From Kiritimatiellaceae bacterium (GTDB taxonomy: Bacteria; Verrucomicrobiota; Kiritimatiellia; Kiritimatiellales; Tichowtungiaceae), in contig JABFQY010000003.1 in assembly GCA_013141415.1 (NCBI GenBank), positions 239,729-271,728 on the forward strand: 32,000 bases of DNA, in the 5' to 3' direction. A program made the position numbers and the translations under genes. The notes below the pieces were generated by a model that saw nothing but the letters and a program-made list of their open reading frames with translations, ran no database searches and was not told where the DNA came from. Each line of letters begins with the position of its first letter. Position 1 is the first letter of the stretch. This document shows, one piece after another, positions 1-7,698 of the stretch.

Positions 1-333
1 GGTGTCGGGCCTTCTGAAATAAGCAACCAGCCCGGCGATAAACTGGCGGTCACCCGGCTCACGGCACTGGACACTCCCGATGCAATCGAAATGCGCTGGA
101 TGTCCTGGAACGTGATCGCCCCGGCCACCGGCGAATACAACATTGCAGTCAAAACCGGCGGCGGCGGACGTTTCGAACTCCTCCTCAAGGAATCTCAGGT
201 CGTTACAGGAAACAGCGGTCAGCCGGTCACTGCAAAACTGAAACTCACTCGCGGTTTACATACGCTTAAAATAAAATGCCTTGATGGATCGTTTAACGTC
301 GGAAGTATTCAGATCACTCAGGGAACTAACTAA
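1..333 (+). CDS. 3' end of a secreted carbohydrate-active protein with a C-terminal CBM6/CBM35-like beta-sandwich module. The 5' end lies outside the window.
   Basis: Frame 1 is open from nt 1 to the TAA at 331-333. The tail ...GEYNIAVKTGGGGRFELLL...GLHTLKIKCLDGSFNVGSIQI has the strand pattern typical of CBM6-type modules. A similar module opens the next gene. Confidence 0.5.
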   Translation, partial: GVGPSEISNQPGDKLAVTRLTALDTPDAIEMRWMSWNVIAPATGEYNIAVKTGGGGRFELLLKESQVVTGNSGQPVTAKLKLTRGLHTLKIKCLDGSFNVGSIQITQGTN

Positions 334-352
334 AAACAATCGGGATAACACC

Positions 353-3300
353 ATGAAAATATCGATCAGGACTCTCCTCGCCGGCTCCGCCATCGCTTTT
401 TCACTTTCGGTTTCCGCCGAATCCATCTGGATTGAATCGGAATCAATTCCGGAAAAACCCGCCGCCGCCTCCACAGGCTGGTCGAAGCCCGAATGGCTTT
501 CCGGCAAAAGCACCCTTACCCTCAATCTCGCAGCAAAAGATGTTGCCGCGACCATTCCCGAAGACGGACTCATTCTTAAATACCCGTTCACTGTAAAAAC
601 ATCCGCTGACTTTACACTCTGGAACCGCCTCGCTTTCGAAAACAACCGTACTCCTTTTGAATGGCGCGTTGACAACGGCTCATGGCAGATCAACTCACAG
701 AAAGAACAACCCGTTTGCAACGTTCAGGAACTTGCGTTCTGGAGCCCCATCGGCTGGTCACGCATGGGAAGTGTTCCGCTTAACGCCGGATCGCACACGC
801 TCGAAATCCGCCTCACCCGTCCAAAGAAAAGCGCTGAAAAAAATTCCGGCGATTTGCGCTATATCTCCGATGCCATCCACATCACCAGCGAAGAGTTTCA
901 ACCGAACTTCCGCTTTAAGCCCGGCGAAAAATTTCAGAATGAGGCCGCTCTCAGTACGTCCACAAACCGCTTCAGTTTACCGGCGGAAAATGCAGCCAGT
1001 CCCCGGCGTACGCTCGACCTGACCGGCCTCTGGCAGTTCGCGCCCTACGACGAAATTGGCGAAATTTCTGAAGCCTCCCGCGTGGCTGGCACGGACATCT
1101 ATCCTGATGTCGCCCGTCTTAGCTGGTACGGCATTCCGGTTCCCGGCGACCGTAACAGTCTGCTTCCGGAAACCCGTTACGCCCACCGCTTTGTTCTCCG
1201 CACTCAGGTGAATGTTCCGGCCGACGCAAAAAACAACGGCTTCCAGCTTGAATTCGAGTGCCTCAGCATGATTTCCACCCTCTTTGTTAACGGTCAGAAA
1301 ATCGGCGACTTCAGCGTTCCGAAAAGCCGCTGGCTAGTGGATGTCACCCAAGCCGTCAAGCCCGGTGCTGCCAATGAAATCCTGCTTGTCGTCAAAGATA
1401 CCTACTACGCCATCGCTCCCAGTAAAAATAACGGCACCATCCGCCGAACACAGTATCTTCCGGATCGTCTGTTCAACGGCAACCAGGGCACCACATCGCG
1501 CATGGACTTCCCCGTTGCCAACGGCCACGACGAAGCAGGCATCCTCGACACCGCACGACTCATTGCGACCCGCGCGCCGGTCGCCGTTGTTGATACCTTC
1601 GTGAAACCGTTCCCGATTACAAAAAAGAAAATCGATTTTGATGTCACCCTGCACAACTCCGGCAGTATGTCCGTCAACGCCACTCTCCGCCTTTTCATCC
1701 GTTCCTGGCCGGAAGGCAAAACGGTTGCCACAGTCGGCGAAACAAAACTTTTCGTTCCCGTCGGCGGCAATGCCGCCACGACTCTGGAAACGCCTTCAGC
1801 TCCGCTCACCCTCTGGTGGACATTCCAGCCCGCATTGTATGAACTGGTGACCGAGGTCTCCGTCAACGGCCAGCCCGCCGATACACACATCACCCGTTTC
1901 GGTAACCGGGAGTGGGAAATCCGGGGCAATAAGTTTTATCTCAACGGCGTCGCCCAGCATCTCCGTGCCGACCTCACTTATGAGAGCGTAAAGAAAAAAA
2001 CCGATCCCGCCGTGATTGTCAAAACGTGGAAAGAAATCGGTGTAAATATGTTCCGCCGCCGTTTCCAGTTTCCATGGAACGGCATGGGGCCCAACCAGAC
2101 CCTTGCGTGGATGGACGAAGTCGGTATGCCGGTACGCATGAACGGCGGAACCTTCGATGGACAGGTTGGTTCCTACGGCCTTGTCGAAGGATCCGGCAAA
2201 GGTAAAGAGCGTTCCGCCCGCAAAGCTCTCTTTGAACGCTGGCGCTCGCAAATGCTTAACGGCGTGAACACATTCAAAAATCATCCGTCCGTCTTCATCT
2301 GGGAACTCGATAACGAGATCGTTTACATCAACTCCCGCAATTTCGGCACACTCGATCAGGTTGAGCCTGAATTCACGACAACCGCCAAAGCGGTTGCCGC
2401 CATGGATCCAACCCGCTCCACCGTTCTCGGCGGTGCCCGCGCCCTCCGCGACGAATCGATGCCCACCTACGGTATTCATTATTTCGAAACGGAAGATCGC
2501 GACTATCCCGACGAAGCCTACACCGGAGATATCGCGCTGAAACTAGAAGGCTCTGACAAGAAACGCACTTGGCCGGTACACTTTGACGCTAAGCCGATAT
2601 TCTTCAGCGAAACAGCCTTTCTCCCCGGACGTAACCCGGCGCAATTCTCCGCCGTCGGTGGCGAAACCACCTTTCTTGGAAAATATGAATCACGTTTCGC
2701 CGCCGGAAAAATTGCCTCCTGGCTGGCCGAGGGCTACCGCTGGAAAGGTTATGCCGCCAACCATTTCTGGTTTGGAAAAGATTTCACAGATGGCAGTTAC
2801 ACCTATGCTTGGCAGCCCGTAGCAATTCTCCACAGAGAATGGAATGCCACCTTCGCCCCTGGCCAGGCCGTCACCCGCAGCCTCCGCGTCTATAACGACC
2901 TGCCCGACACCCGCCCCATCACCGCAACATGGACACTTGAAGTCGGCGGGAAATCTGTCACTACCGAAAGCAAGAATTTCACTGTCGCCCCCGGAACATT
3001 CGAACCTTGGAATATTCAGTTCACCATGCCCGCCAGTGCCGCCGAACGCACGGAAGGCCGACTTCTTCTCACCGCCGTCCGCGCTGGCGAAAAAGTTTTT
3101 GAACACGCACTTCCGGTTACGCTCATCCCCGATCCAAAACCGGCCGCTGTTTCGCTGAAGGGCACCCTTGTCGTTTGGGATCCGAAAGGCACAGCCGTCG
3201 CCCGGCTCCGTGCCAGCGGCTTCCAGCAAATCAAGGAAGTGAGCACGCTCGCCGAAGTGCCGGATCAATTCGGCCTGCTCGTCGTCGGAAAAAACGCGCT

Positions 3301-5455
3301 CAGCCAGAAGGATTCCACCGACCGCCGCTGGCAGGCTCTGGCCGCCGCCGGTAACAAGATTATCGTCCTTGAGCAGGAATATCCGCTCCACTTCCAGGCC
3401 GTTCCTGCCGACTTTGAAACCACCGACCATGACGGTCGCATCAGCTTCGCGCAAAACCTCGAACATCCTGTCTTCAAGGGACTCCGGCAGGATGATCTCT
3501 CGTTCTGGGGCAGCGACCACATCGTTTATCGCCATGCCCTGCGCAAACCAACACGCGGCGCCGTTTCGCTCGTTCAGTGTGACGATCAGCTCGGCGACAC
3601 GGCCTTGGCTGTCGCCGAAGTGGATAAGGGACTGCTCGTAATGAGCCAGCTCGCCATCGGTGAAAAACTGACCACAGAAGTCGTCTGCCGCCGCCTGTTC
3701 GACAACCTTATCGCCTATGCAGCCGGATATCAAAAAGTTGTCCGTTCGGTACAGACAACCATTGAGAACCCGCAGACCGCCGCCGCCATCAGCGCGGTCG
3801 GCGTTTCCTCGAAACCGGCCGCCGATCCGGTCGCCGCACTCAAATCCGGCGGGATCGTCATCGTCGACGGCACCAAAGCCAACCTCGAAAAACTCGGCAG
3901 TGCCGCCGCTGACCTCGCGGCATTTTTTGCCGGAGGAAACTATCTGATGGTCATAAACGTCACGCCCGACTCGCTGGCCGCGTTTAATAAACTGGTCGGC
4001 TACGAACACGTCCTGCGCCCATTCCGGCAGGAACTCGTCCGCTTTCCAGTCGTCCCCAATCCGCTCACCGCCGGCCTTACCCTGCGCGACGTAGTTATGA
4101 CTAACGGAAAACGTTTCCAGGTATTCAACCGCGACGAATGGCCCGCCGACGATGCCTTCGACTACATCGCTGATCTGGATGACATCGCGCCGTTCGCCGA
4201 GTTTCCGTCACCCGATTATTTTGGTTTTAAAGTCACCGGCCCCGGTACCGACCAATGGCCGCTCAATATGGTAAACGGGTTCACCCATGCGACCCATTGG
4301 AAACTGGCCTTCAGTATTTGGGTGGGTGACGGGGTTCCCAAACCCTTCACGCTCACCCTGCCGAAGGAAGAGACCGTCACCGGTTTCACGATCATCCCCA
4401 CACGCACGTATCTCACGATCACCAAGCTCCGCCTCACCTTCGACGGAAATCCCGCCACCGCTCAGGAACTCACACTCTCTGATGATCCTATTTCAAACTT
4501 CCAGCTTAAGCCGCAGCGTGCCAGCAAAATCGAGATCGGCGTGTTGGAATGGACGGGTGACAGTCAACAGCCGCTTGTTGGCATTGATAACATAAACATC
4601 ACAGTTGCGCGCCCGGCCGACTTTACTCAGAAAGTCCGACCCATGCTCAATATCGGCGGGCTCATCGAATATCCGCGCGGCAAAGGCGGCATCATTCTCA
4701 ACCAGTACGTTTTCCGGCCGCAGGAATCCAATCCGGTCAACGCCGAGAAAAAAAGAACCCTGCTCGCCTCCCTGCTGCGCAATCTTGGCGCGGACTTCGG
4801 CGGACAAAAAACCGCCGTGGCCGGTTTTAATCTCGTCTATCAGCCGCTCAGTCTCGAAGGTGCGGCCAATCTTTATCTGACTACAGTTCAAGGCTGGTCA
4901 GCCAAGGGCGGCGACCTGTCCGGCCTGCCGCGCGGCGAAAACACCTTCGCCGGCGTCCGTTACCAGATTCGCGACTTCAGCACATCGCCGCTTGAAAGCG
5001 GAGTAACCCTGAAGCATCCAAAACTCAAGAGCAACGCCGAGAGCGAAACCGTAACCATCCCGGTCAATACCAAGGCCGACAGTCTCTTCTTCCTGCACAC
5101 CTTCCTCCAGACCAAGGAATGGAAATCCACGAAAAACGACGATGAAGCACCGGTGCTCTTTCAATATGTCGTGAGCTATGAAGACGGCACGAAGCTACCG
5201 ATCGAAATCACGCTTAATAGCAACGTCAGCAACTGGCTCCAGGCTAATCCATCCGCTTTGTCCAATGCCGAAGCCGCCTGGATCGGCCCCGCCGCAAGCG
5301 AAGGCGGAAGCCGTCCGACGCTTTATCAGTTCCAATGGAATAATCCACAGCCTGCGAAACAGATTGTCAGCGTGGAGCTTTCCTACGCTGAAAAAGGCAA
5401 AGACTTTGGTGCGCCTGTTCTTCTCGGTCTGACCACCGCTCAGGTTCAGAAATAA
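353..5455 (+). CDS. Giant secreted multidomain glycoside hydrolase (~1700 aa) with a GH2-like core (sugar-binding jelly roll, Ig-like domain, TIM barrel) and a long C-terminal extension.
   Basis: ATG 353 yields a signal peptide (MKISIRTLLAGSAIAFSLSVSAES). The TTG at 281 would overlap the upstream gene. GH2N-like segment: LTGLWQFAPYDE...FQLEFECLSMISTLFVNGQKIGDF...DVTQAVKPGAANEILLVVKD. TIM-barrel acid/base-like motif: HPSVFIWELDNEIVYIN. The C-terminal ~1000 aa contain beta-sandwich/discoidin-like stretches. Confidence 0.7.
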   Translation: MKISIRTLLAGSAIAFSLSVSAESIWIESESIPEKPAAASTGWSKPEWLSGKSTLTLNLAAKDVAATIPEDGLILKYPFTVKTSADFTLWNRLAFENNRTPFEWRVDNGSWQINSQKEQPVCNVQELAFWSPIGWSRMGSVPLNAGSHTLEIRLTRPKKSAEKNSGDLRYISDAIHITSEEFQPNFRFKPGEKFQNEAALSTSTNRFSLPAENAASPRRTLDLTGLWQFAPYDEIGEISEASRVAGTDIYPDVARLSWYGIPVPGDRNSLLPETRYAHRFVLRTQVNVPADAKNNGFQLEFECLSMISTLFVNGQKIGDFSVPKSRWLVDVTQAVKPGAANEILLVVKDTYYAIAPSKNNGTIRRTQYLPDRLFNGNQGTTSRMDFPVANGHDEAGILDTARLIATRAPVAVVDTFVKPFPITKKKIDFDVTLHNSGSMSVNATLRLFIRSWPEGKTVATVGETKLFVPVGGNAATTLETPSAPLTLWWTFQPALYELVTEVSVNGQPADTHITRFGNREWEIRGNKFYLNGVAQHLRADLTYESVKKKTDPAVIVKTWKEIGVNMFRRRFQFPWNGMGPNQTLAWMDEVGMPVRMNGGTFDGQVGSYGLVEGSGKGKERSARKALFERWRSQMLNGVNTFKNHPSVFIWELDNEIVYINSRNFGTLDQVEPEFTTTAKAVAAMDPTRSTVLGGARALRDESMPTYGIHYFETEDRDYPDEAYTGDIALKLEGSDKKRTWPVHFDAKPIFFSETAFLPGRNPAQFSAVGGETTFLGKYESRFAAGKIASWLAEGYRWKGYAANHFWFGKDFTDGSYTYAWQPVAILHREWNATFAPGQAVTRSLRVYNDLPDTRPITATWTLEVGGKSVTTESKNFTVAPGTFEPWNIQFTMPASAAERTEGRLLLTAVRAGEKVFEHALPVTLIPDPKPAAVSLKGTLVVWDPKGTAVARLRASGFQQIKEVSTLAEVPDQFGLLVVGKNALSQKDSTDRRWQALAAAGNKIIVLEQEYPLHFQAVPADFETTDHDGRISFAQNLEHPVFKGLRQDDLSFWGSDHIVYRHALRKPTRGAVSLVQCDDQLGDTALAVAEVDKGLLVMSQLAIGEKLTTEVVCRRLFDNLIAYAAGYQKVVRSVQTTIENPQTAAAISAVGVSSKPAADPVAALKSGGIVIVDGTKANLEKLGSAAADLAAFFAGGNYLMVINVTPDSLAAFNKLVGYEHVLRPFRQELVRFPVVPNPLTAGLTLRDVVMTNGKRFQVFNRDEWPADDAFDYIADLDDIAPFAEFPSPDYFGFKVTGPGTDQWPLNMVNGFTHATHWKLAFSIWVGDGVPKPFTLTLPKEETVTGFTIIPTRTYLTITKLRLTFDGNPATAQELTLSDDPISNFQLKPQRASKIEIGVLEWTGDSQQPLVGIDNINITVARPADFTQKVRPMLNIGGLIEYPRGKGGIILNQYVFRPQESNPVNAEKKRTLLASLLRNLGADFGGQKTAVAGFNLVYQPLSLEGAANLYLTTVQGWSAKGGDLSGLPRGENTFAGVRYQIRDFSTSPLESGVTLKHPKLKSNAESETVTIPVNTKADSLFFLHTFLQTKEWKSTKNDDEAPVLFQYVVSYEDGTKLPIEITLNSNVSNWLQANPSALSNAEAAWIGPAASEGGSRPTLYQFQWNNPQPAKQIVSVELSYAEKGKDFGAPVLLGLTTAQVQK

Positions 5456-5470
5456 CGACCGTCTCCCGCG

Positions 5471-5497
5471 GCGGCGCTTAAGGTTCTTAAGCGTCGC
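5471..5497. terminator. Strong hairpin between convergent genes; possible bidirectional terminator.
   Basis: GCGGCGCTTAAG / GTT / CTTAAGCGTCGC gives a 12-bp stem with one G-U and a 3-nt loop. On the + strand only a weak ATTT follows. The hairpin overlaps the stop codon (5487-5489) of the minus-strand E1-like gene. Confidence 0.4.
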
Positions 5498-6242
5498 ATT
5501 TCCCGCAGACCGGACAGCCGGGGCGGCGGACAGCAGGAATGCGCTGAAAAGTCATGTTGCGTGAATCGTAATAGAGAATCGTTCCCGCCAGCGTCTTGCC
5601 GAACCCGGCGATCACCTTGATTCCTTCCACGGCGGCAATCGCCGCAGCAATGGATGAAACCGCGCCCAGCACCGGGAACTCGCGTTTCCAGTTCGGCGGA
5701 GTTTCCGGATAAATACAGGCGAGGCACGGCGTCTTCCCCGGCAGGATCGTTGTAACCTGCCCTTCGAGTTCAAACATCGCCGCTTCAACCATCGGCTTGT
5801 TCTGCTCAACACAGGCGCGGTTCATTGCAAAGCGTTCAGAGAAAAGCGGAGCACAGTCGAAAACAATGTCGGCCTTCGCTACCAGCGCATCGACATTCTC
5901 TTCAGTAATATTTTCCGGAACCGCCTCAATCTCCATGCGCGGATTAAGTTCCAGCAGACGGCGTTTGGCGCACTCTGCACGCGGCTTGCCGAGCCAGTCA
6001 TGCGTCATCAGAATCTGGCGGTTTAAATCGCTGTGCTTCACATTTCCGCCGTGGGCGATGATCAATTTACCGATCCCCGCCGAAGCGAGGTGATAGCAAA
6101 GCGGCCCGCCGAGTCCGCCGCAGCGGCTCACCAGCGCGGTTGCGCCTTTAAGTTTTTCCTGACCGGCCTCGCCGAGTCCGTCAATCCACATCTGCCACTC
6201 ATAGGTGGCTTTTTCTTCGTCGTTTAATGGAATCGGCTTCAT
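5487..6242 (-). CDS. MoeB/ThiF/HesA-family E1-like adenylyltransferase (251 aa).
   Basis: Gly-rich nucleotide loop VSRCGGLGGPLCYHLASAGIG, then SDLNRQ. Zinc-tetrad cysteines CLAC ... CPVCGKC are at the C-terminus. The ATG at 6242 lies 1 nt after the stop of the upstream MoaD-like gene (GGT TGA T ATG). Confidence 0.85.
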   Translation of the reverse strand: MKPIPLNDEEKATYEWQMWIDGLGEAGQEKLKGATALVSRCGGLGGPLCYHLASAGIGKLIIAHGGNVKHSDLNRQILMTHDWLGKPRAECAKRRLLELNPRMEIEAVPENITEENVDALVAKADIVFDCAPLFSERFAMNRACVEQNKPMVEAAMFELEGQVTTILPGKTPCLACIYPETPPNWKREFPVLGAVSSIAAAIAAVEGIKVIAGFGKTLAGTILYYDSRNMTFQRIPAVRRPGCPVCGKCDA

Positions 6243-6243
6243 A

Positions 6244-6510
6244 TCAACCTCCGGCGACCGGACTGAAAACCTGCACGCAGTCACCATCGTTCAGTTTATG
6301 GTCTGGCGCAACCGGGACTTCATTCACGACGAGAAGAATCACCGGACGGAGCGCGCCGGATTCGTCAAAAAGAAGACTCTTAAATTCATCGCCGTGTTTC
6401 AGCGTTTTCAGCGCGGCAAGCACCGTTGCGCCGTGCGCCACATCGACCGTCTCCGATTCCACCCCGGCTTTCTTCCGGATCTGCGCAAAGTAGGTAATTT
6501 TTATTTTCAT
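6244..6510 (-). CDS. MoaD/ThiS-family ubiquitin-like sulfur-carrier protein (88 aa) ending in Gly-Gly.
   Basis: MKIKITYFAQIRKKAG...LNDGDCVQVFSPVAGG-stop has the classical MoaD layout and a C-terminal GG. It is coupled to the downstream E1-like gene. Confidence 0.85.
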   Translation of the reverse strand: MKIKITYFAQIRKKAGVESETVDVAHGATVLAALKTLKHGDEFKSLLFDESGALRPVILLVVNEVPVAPDHKLNDGDCVQVFSPVAGG

Positions 6511-6552
6511 ATTTATGACCCCTAAGACACTAGAACCTATCCCAAAGCCTCC

Positions 6553-6572
6553 GCCGCGTGAGGGCACGCGGC
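6553..6572 (-). other. Hairpin in the leader of the MoaD-like gene.
   Basis: GCCGCGTG / AGGG / CACGCGGC gives an 8-bp perfect stem. It lies 43 nt upstream of the ATG at 6510. Confidence 0.4.
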
Positions 6573-6593
6573 CTACAGTATAGAAGTTTCCTC

Positions 6594-6625
6594 AAAAAAA
6601 TTGTAGGCCCGGTCCCCGACCGGGC
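6594..6625 (-). terminator. Putative rho-independent terminator after the ThiS-ThiF fusion gene.
   Basis: Minus-strand reading: GCCCGGTC GGG GACCGGGC (8-bp perfect stem), then CTACAA and TTTTTTT. The U-tract is offset by 6 nt from the stem, so this is not a textbook case. Confidence 0.5.
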
Positions 6626-6718
6626 GCAAAACGAGCTTGGAATAGGTTCTGAAGACCAAGATTACAAAATAGCCGACTTCAAGCCATCCCATTGCTTCGT
6701 TTCTTTGGGTCTTTGCGG

Positions 6719-7585
6719 TCATCCTTTTTCCACAATCAGCCGTAGGGCAAGGTTCGCCTGCATGGATGCAGCGATGCCGACCCGCGGAGCCATCAGTCCG
6801 CAGCCGGGCCGTGCGCCGGTTTCCAGATCGCCGACGACATAGATATTCTTTCCCATCTTCTTCACGACGATCGTTTCTTCCGGCCCGTATCCGGCAAGGC
6901 CGGATGCGGTAATCAGCGGAACATCCGGCTTCCGCGCGGCGAACGTCTGCATCAGCATCACCTTCTGGTCGGCGCGGTCGAACGCCTCAATCATTACGTC
7001 CACATTTTCAAACATCGGGAAAAGATTATCCGGCGTCAGTTTTACCGTATGCGCTTCAACTTCGACGTACGGATTGATTTTCCGGAGATTGGCAACCAGC
7101 GCGTCGGTTTTAAGCAGACCGAGCTGATCGACGAAATATTGCTGGCGGTTCAGATTGCTCGGCTCGACCACATCAAAGTCGGCGATAATCAATCGGCCAA
7201 CGCCGACTCGCGCCAGCGCTACGGCAATCGCTGAACCAAGTCCACCGAGCCCGGCAATACCAACGGACGCCGCTTTGACTTTGGCATGAACGCCCGGCGT
7301 ATGACGTGATGCCATCAACGCTTCGAGTTCGTCCGCCGACGGCGCTTCGCCGCGTTTAATCAGACAGACCTCATCGCCACCGGTCAGCGGCGCGTCCGCG
7401 CTCATCGCCGCGCCGTTCAGAATAACGACATCGGCCTCCGGCTTAACGCGCTGACGCAACCCAAACAGCGTCTCGCCCGTACCGACCTCAATCGCCCGTT
7501 CATTGAGTTTTATTTTCACAGCACCATTGTTACCCCGATTAGCCGGTTCTGGCAAACCGTTTGCCTTCCGTAAGTCAGAATGCAA
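6719..7585 (-). CDS. thiF: ThiF family-2 adenylyltransferase fused to an N-terminal ThiS-like beta-grasp domain.
   Basis: The C-terminal ~200 aa (RHTPGVHAKVKAASVGIAGLGGLGSAIAVALARVGVGRLIIADFDVVEPSNLNRQQY ... GLMAPRVGIAASMQANLALRLI) match my memory of the short ThiF of anaerobes. Residues 23-80 (VKIKLNERAIEV...LTGGDEVCLIKRGE) look ThiS-like. The start is uncertain: TTG at 7585 or GTG at 7519, with no in-frame ATG near the N-terminus. Confidence 0.8.
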   Translation of the reverse strand: MHSDLRKANGLPEPANRGNNGAVKIKLNERAIEVGTGETLFGLRQRVKPEADVVILNGAAMSADAPLTGGDEVCLIKRGEAPSADELEALMASRHTPGVHAKVKAASVGIAGLGGLGSAIAVALARVGVGRLIIADFDVVEPSNLNRQQYFVDQLGLLKTDALVANLRKINPYVEVEAHTVKLTPDNLFPMFENVDVMIEAFDRADQKVMLMQTFAARKPDVPLITASGLAGYGPEETIVVKKMGKNIYVVGDLETGARPGCGLMAPRVGIAASMQANLALRLIVEKG

Positions 7586-7698
7586 TCAACACCGCCGAAC
7601 TGCGCGATCCCGGCTTCGGCGAGGCCCGCAAGAGTGTCCTTCCCGCATAAGAGATTACGGTTTTTGCGTTTCAATCCGGGGCCGAGACAGTTAAAAGT

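Noticed and set aside
281-352. An upstream TTG start that extends the GH ORF by 24 codons.
   Set aside because: It would overlap the preceding gene by 53 nt and place a charged non-signal sequence before the obvious signal peptide. ATG 353 begins MKISIRTLLAGSAIAF..., a canonical secretion signal.
2690-4009. A 439-aa minus-strand ORF and many other 60-230-aa ORFs antisense to the giant GH gene.
   Set aside because: These are shadow ORFs typical of GC-rich coding DNA. Their products are Gly/Arg/Ala-rich low complexity with no motifs, whereas the plus-strand frame carries a signal peptide and GH2-like blocks across the whole interval.
5487-7585. The E1 + Ubl cluster as a Bil-like or CBASS-like ubiquitin-conjugation antiphage system.
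   Set aside because: There is no E2-like, JAB/DUB or effector gene. The Ubl has the classical MoaD pattern, the E1s have MoeB/ThiF hallmarks (a Zn-Cys4 site, the short ThiF type) and GC is host-like. A sulfur-carrier role is the more economical reading.
7586-7698. Possible TPP riboswitch upstream of the ThiS-ThiF fusion gene.
   Set aside because: I read the minus-strand leader and found no CTGAGA box, no ACCTGATCTGG-type pyrimidine-sensor helix and no matching stem layout, only a generic GCCGAA/TTCGGC hairpin. An Infernal scan would be needed to be definitive.
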